This document shows, one piece after another, positions 58,635-64,000 of a DNA stretch of 64,000 nucleotides. The notes below the pieces were generated by a model. The model did not search any database. It was not told where the DNA came from and saw only the letters and a list, made by a program, of their open reading frames with translations. Position 1 is the first letter of the stretch. Each line of letters begins with the position of its first letter. The DNA lies in assembly GCA_023213395.1 (NCBI GenBank), contig CM041465.1, positions 101,129,741-101,193,740 of the forward strand, in the 5' to 3' direction. The position numbers and the translations under genes are program-made. The stretch is from Cycas panzhihuaensis (lineage: Eukaryota > Plantae > Cycadophyta).

Positions 58635-60194
58635 TATTTCATCTAATTTTGTAATAAACTCAACCTAACTTCAATAATCTTGACTTCCTATAAACATAAG
58701 AAGCCAACTCTAACTCTTCTAAATAGTTGAGACCTAATAGGAACTGTCTTATTATGAAGCTCAATGCCTCTAATTAGAGAATTATCATTAGAATATGAGG
58801 GAAAAGACACTAAATGAAACTCTTTAATAGCTTTAACTAAGGAAAAAAACTCTCTTCTAACCAATCCAACTTGTAAAGAAGAGTAACTTTGGTGCTTACT
58901 CTCCTAGATTACTATCTAACCCAAAATCCTTATTCACATCTACAAGCACATTATATATTAGTTTCCAAATTAAATTAAGGCTTTTTTAGGCAAGTAAAGG
59001 TTTAATTAAGGGTTTAATTATTTAGTTAACTTCAAAGAGACTTATAGGCTTAAAAGATTTTTCTTTGGAATTAGAATACTTCTTTTTATTTTAATGCTTA
59101 TTTTTCCTCCTTGTAAATTTTAGAATTATTTAGAATATTTGCCGATGCTTGTGGCTTAAACTCCATAAATTGCTTACTCTACCTGCACTTAAAATAGGCA
59201 TTTATGGAGTTTATTCCTAATTTTAACTATTAATTCGTCCAATGGTTTCTATAAGAGGCTAACCCTAACATATGCTTTAATATTAACATTAAAACTTGAT
59301 TTTAATTTTAGTGTAACAAACTCTCCAATTGGACCAAATAATTAGGGCAAAATTTTCCCTAACCTTGAATGAAGACCTTACAATTCAACCCATATCTAAT
59401 AATTTAAATCCTTTAAATATTTTAATTTAAATTTAGTTGTCCATTGTTACATAATGAAAAGATTGGGACCCTCTCCTTCCATCAAAATTCATAAAGATCT
59501 TAATATTAAATGCATTGGAAGGGGTTATGAATACCCATCAATCACCTTGGACATAAAACACTAAGGAGAATATCTTATAATAATGAGGTGTTCCACACAC
59601 ATCGTATGGTGTTACTAAAGAAATGGATATGGAAGACTAAACCATAGACACTTCTTTTTTTCAAATTAGTATTGTTATCATTATTTATAATACCGATTTT
59701 ATTTATAATATAATAAGTTTTTATTGTTATAATAGCTAATTTTCTTTTTTAGTGATGTATATCATTATGCTTTTAATGAAACTTTTTAAGACTTTTATCA
59801 TGCTACAATATAATCCATGATTATTATATCATACATCTAATTAGTAATATTATAAAACAAAGATATGTGTATGCTCTCTTATCACTTCTTTTATAAAACT
59901 CTTTATTATGTAAGAGTATTTATATTAACATTATTCTTGCTTAGACAATTCTTTTAGTTTTAATAACTATTTTTGTTGTTCATAAGGGTCTAATTCTATT
60001 GAATTAATAAAATCATATTGTTAAATTTCATTAAGATTCCATTACAATATCAGAATAATATATTTGATAGTTATATATATTTTCCATGAATTTTAATTTT
60101 CATAAATTTGTTTATTCGCAAAAGTCATTTTCTATATATTATCATCATTAAAAGAGATTTTAAGGTCATATTATATAATTTTATATGTTTTTAA

Positions 60195-60197
<3 letters not shown>

Positions 60198-60254
<57 letters not shown>
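60198..60254. repeat. (TA)n microsatellite
   Basis: Directly visible. Confidence 0.97.
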
Positions 60255-60257
<3 letters not shown>

Positions 60258-60542
60258 GGTTGACACATTGTTATTTAACATGCTATATTTTTTATAATCT
60301 TTTTTTATAATTATTATTATATTATATTCAATATTATTATTATAAATTTTGAAAAAACATAGAATAGAGAAGCAATGTGTAAAAAAGAACTTATAACTAT
60401 ACAAAAGAAATAACTCAAGCACATCAACAAAAATAACATAAATATTCATCTTTGATGATAGGCTATTTTATTATTCAAAGTAACAGCTAAATAATTGCAT
60501 AGTACAATTACTGAAAACCCCAATCTTCTTTTTGCTTCTATG

Positions 60543-60544
60543 AT

Positions 60545-60577
<33 letters not shown>

Positions 60578-60718
60578 TATATATATGTATGTATACATAC
60601 ATATATATATATATATATATGTATACATACATATATATATATATATATGTATGTATACATACATATGTATATATATATATGTATGTATACACATATATAT
60701 ATATGTATGTATACATAC

Positions 60719-60750
<32 letters not shown>

Positions 60751-60821
60751 ATGTATGTATATATGTATACATATGTATACATATATATATATACATACAT
60801 ATATATATATATATACATATG

Positions 60822-60865
<44 letters not shown>

Positions 60866-60917
60866 CATATGTATATATACATATATATATATACATATGT
60901 ATATGTATATATATATA
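60543..60917. repeat. Compound (TA)n/(TACA)n/(TATG)n microsatellite
   Basis: Directly visible. Confidence 0.97.
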
Positions 60918-61867
60918 AGCATAATAACACAAAACATTGTTAGGCAATATTACAATGTTGTGGATATAAAACTATGAATTGCACAATACTTATAATACCC
61001 CAGGCCTCAAGACTCGAGTGCAATGCCTACAACCTTATAAAACATACAAAGTGTTTAACATATCAATCATTTTTTTTTCAAATAGTGTTTTATATTTTAT
61101 TATATTTGAAATTTTAATTTTATAAGTTTTTACATTGTTATTCTATTTATTATATTTTTATTAGATTTGCATTATATTTTATTATAATTATCTTGACATA
61201 TTTTATTATAAAATTTTATTTTCTAAGAATATTTTCCATTTTTTATTTTAATACTATCTTTATTATATTCTATTATATTTATTATTGTATTTTATTACAT
61301 ATTTCATGTTCTGTAACTTCTCAATAGAAATTGAATTTCACTATTACTCAACAGATTATGATGGGACCTGCTAATTCAACTTCAGAGTTATTATCAACCA
61401 TCAAATTTCGATGTTTTTACCACTAAATGGCGAAGTATGTCTCTTTTGAGCTTCGGCCGTTTGCTGCTGTATATCATTCGACGTCCGTTCATTCCAAAGA
61501 TAATTTTAATGAAAAATACCATAATATACGGAGACATTTTACTCCCATGTCCTCCAAAATAAAAAATTTCCGATAGATACCAGTTACAGGAAAACGTCGG
61601 CCGGACATCACTTAAGAAAGCAAACTATATAAAATTCCATTTTGTATTAGAAAATAATTGTCCAATCGTCTGTAAACGTATCAGATAGCAAATCTCCAAC
61701 GAATCATGACATATTGAAACAATTAAAATAAAAATTGGGAGAGCAAACAGCCCTTTAACGCAACAAACATATAACTGACCACGCAGGAAATTTCAGACGT
61801 GGGTTTATTGTTTTTTATCATAAGATTATCTAAATAATTGTGAAATTTTCACAATTAATATGAATCG

Positions 61868-62208
61868 TTAATATGGACGTGGCGGTGGCGGTGGATTAAG
61901 GGATGAAATCGTATGTGCAAAAGCTAAGGGGCCGGCAGAGTAAAGCAGGGTATTGGTACTTTGAACTATCTTCTGGAACCGCAGAGACGATCCCTCGATA
62001 CCACCGTTAATGTTGGTAAATTTGTTACAATTCTTCAATGGAGAAGATCGAAGGAAGACCTTGCAGTCTGTATTAGGCCGGTACTTCTTCATGTCCAAGT
62101 TGGGGATCCCAATATAGAAATAGCCATTGAAATCTGACGTCCCAATAATAGATATCTCATCTTTGTCAGAATACTCGGCATTCCTGCACAATACGCGTAC
62201 CAAGGCTC
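61868..62208 (-). CDS. Exon 2 of the Ole e 1/PAC-domain protein (spliced product 209 aa)
   Basis: Acceptor TCAG|GA after a 148-nt intron (62356-62209) keeps the frame. Reads GALVRVLC, SDFNGYF, CKVFL.SSP..CN..TNINGG..G..L, YSAGPLAF, with a Pro-rich tail and TAA. Confidence 0.92.
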
Positions 62209-62356
62209 CTGACGATGATGACATAAAACAAAACAATGTTATATTAAACATTAATAATAGTTGGCGCTGATTGGGAATGGCAGTGGCCATGGGTTATGAA
62301 AATGCAAAGCAAATATGAGGGAAAGACACAGATATATGGGGATTCGATCTACTGAC

Positions 62357-62645
62357 CAGCAAGAGGCGTAGCGTAGTCCAAATTAGCGTTGTACTCAGTT
62401 GAAGATTTACAGAGTTTGCAGTACACTACTCCCTGTACCGCGACTGATCTGATATGGGAATTATTTCTGTGATAAATATTTTTGTAGTCTTTCGCAGAGG
62501 GCGATTTGTCCGAATAGTGTTCCGCTTCGAATCGGGCAATATCGTAAGCAGCGATCGATGTTGGCAGCGCACATAACACGACATAAAATGAGTACAGAGC
62601 GGTGGATACGAGAAGGGCGTTGATATAATTTCCGGAGGTAGCCAT
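62357..62645 (-). CDS. Exon 1 of a Pollen Ole e 1/PAC-domain secreted cell-wall protein (AGP30/AGP31/PRP-like)
   Basis: MATSGNYINALLVSTALYSFYVVLCALPTSIAA is signal-peptide-like, followed by VAVQGVVYCKLCK...ATPLAG. Phase-1 donor G|GTCAGT at 62356. An in-frame upstream ATG at 62714 is an alternative start. Confidence 0.9.
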
Positions 62646-63032
62646 CTGTACCGTTGCAAATTTGACAATGCAGAGATAATCAGAATGCCTCTGTGCGTAG
62701 ATAACAACACTCATTCTGTAATTATATCGGTGTCTCTGAGATGGGTACCCATGTGGGTGGGATGCATCGTGCGGGGCAATGATGAGCTTGTGAAAATTTT
62801 AATACAGACGTGCGTTGTGGCAGGGATGGTTCTGGTTGCAGGGCCCAAGCATTAATGCCAACGTGCACAGCAAGAATGATTTTGTTTGGATATAAAAATA
62901 CGATATAACAAAGATTCCTTGATGTTTGATAAGGTCTAAAATGGACTAGGTAACAGGGACATGCTCCCCTCTACCCTATTATAGCCATAGATGTTTTGTT
63001 TCTGTTTTCTTTTTTCTTTATTTTGTTTTATG

Positions 63033-63053
63033 GAGAGAGAGAGAGAGAGAGAG
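63033..63053. repeat. (GA)n tract ~390 bp upstream of the gene start
   Basis: Visible. A GAGA/BBR-BPC binding role is possible but not demonstrated. Confidence 0.6.
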
Positions 63054-64000
63054 GAGCTTTTAAGAGGGAAAAAACATCAAACAAATGTTTTTTCTATATT
63101 AACAAAAAATTTTGAAGAAAAACAAATTTGGACAATTAAAGGGTAATACAAACTTATCTCATCGAAGGAGACTATAGACGGTTTGCATTGTATGGATCAA
63201 TTTAGAAAATTTTGTAGTTTCTAATACACATGCTGCTAGCATGTAAGCTTTAACAAATACATATATGTCCACATGAGAATAAGAAAATTTGAGAAAAATG
63301 TTTTTTTAGGTGTTAAACTTCTAAACATGTATACCAAACCTAGGTGTAATGTCATATTATCATTCTCTTACATATGCAATACATAGAGATAAATGCACCT
63401 CACATGCATTTGGCTTAAATGTGCTTGTCATGTTTTAATTCTTCCACTAAATAATAGCTAAGTGCACCTAATAAAAATTGAGATTAAGCATAAGATTATT
63501 GTGCAATCCTATCAAGTAGGGTATGCTCCTATTTTCTTAGAAAAAGTGGTGTCATGTAAAGGAAATAAGACTATTAACAAGATACATTTGAATCTTGTCA
63601 ATTGATATAGCAATAATATTGCTTAAGAATGTCATTTCCAATTGCTCCCAAAATGGGGGGTTGGCTTAAGTGGCACCTACTTATGAGGTGCAAAGATCAT
63701 GTGGCATCAATAAGTGGATTGACAATCCCAATCTTTCTTTCTCCTACCAAAATCTATTTATTTTGTAAGGTTAATAAGAGAAAGAAGGAAATCCATGCAA
63801 CCTTGATCATCTAATTAGGTTAAGTCTCTAAACATGTTGTAGCCATAAGTGTTTGCTTAATTGCAAGTTTTCATAGTTTTTCTTTTGCTTTCAATTTTAT
63901 TAGAGTTATTTCATTTCCTTTTAAATAAAGAAAGGATCAAAGGAATGTCTTCTTATATTAATAATCCTATTTAGACAAAAATAAATTTGGAAATTTAAAA

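Noticed and set aside
62209-62290. N-terminus of the 140-aa ORF 61868-62290 as a separate gene start
   Set aside because: It is intron read-through. Splicing to exon 1 restores the full PAC domain.

Overview
Eukaryotic, AT-rich, CpG-depleted DNA from a large-genome land plant. The TE families and Gag motifs look gymnosperm-like, which is my inference. About 61 kb is decayed, deeply nested retrotransposons plus long (TA)n arrays, followed by one intact two-exon gene on the minus strand (62645-61868) encoding a secreted Pollen Ole e 1/PAC-domain cell-wall protein. Architecture reconstructed from TSDs, LTR pairs and rejoined reading frames (letter labels are mine): (1) a full-length L1-clade LINE with RNase H at 2416-8949 and a perfect 21-bp TSD; (2) an older minus-strand LINE whose ORF2 is split over ~31 kb by a 3.1-kb TA array and a Gag-only Gypsy element (J); J carries solo LTR D, non-autonomous element H and Copia E, and E carries solo LTR F, which carries intact-structure Copia G, giving five nesting levels; (3) Copia A at 45421-57113, interrupted by element B, which carries solo LTR C and a small element K with tandemly repeated LTR-end+PBS units. 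No prokaryotic system, CRISPR or RNA gene was found. The most unusual observations are the split LINE with a microsatellite inside a codon pair, the reiterated PBS modules, and a PAC protein lacking its sixth conserved Cys. All alignments were done by eye.
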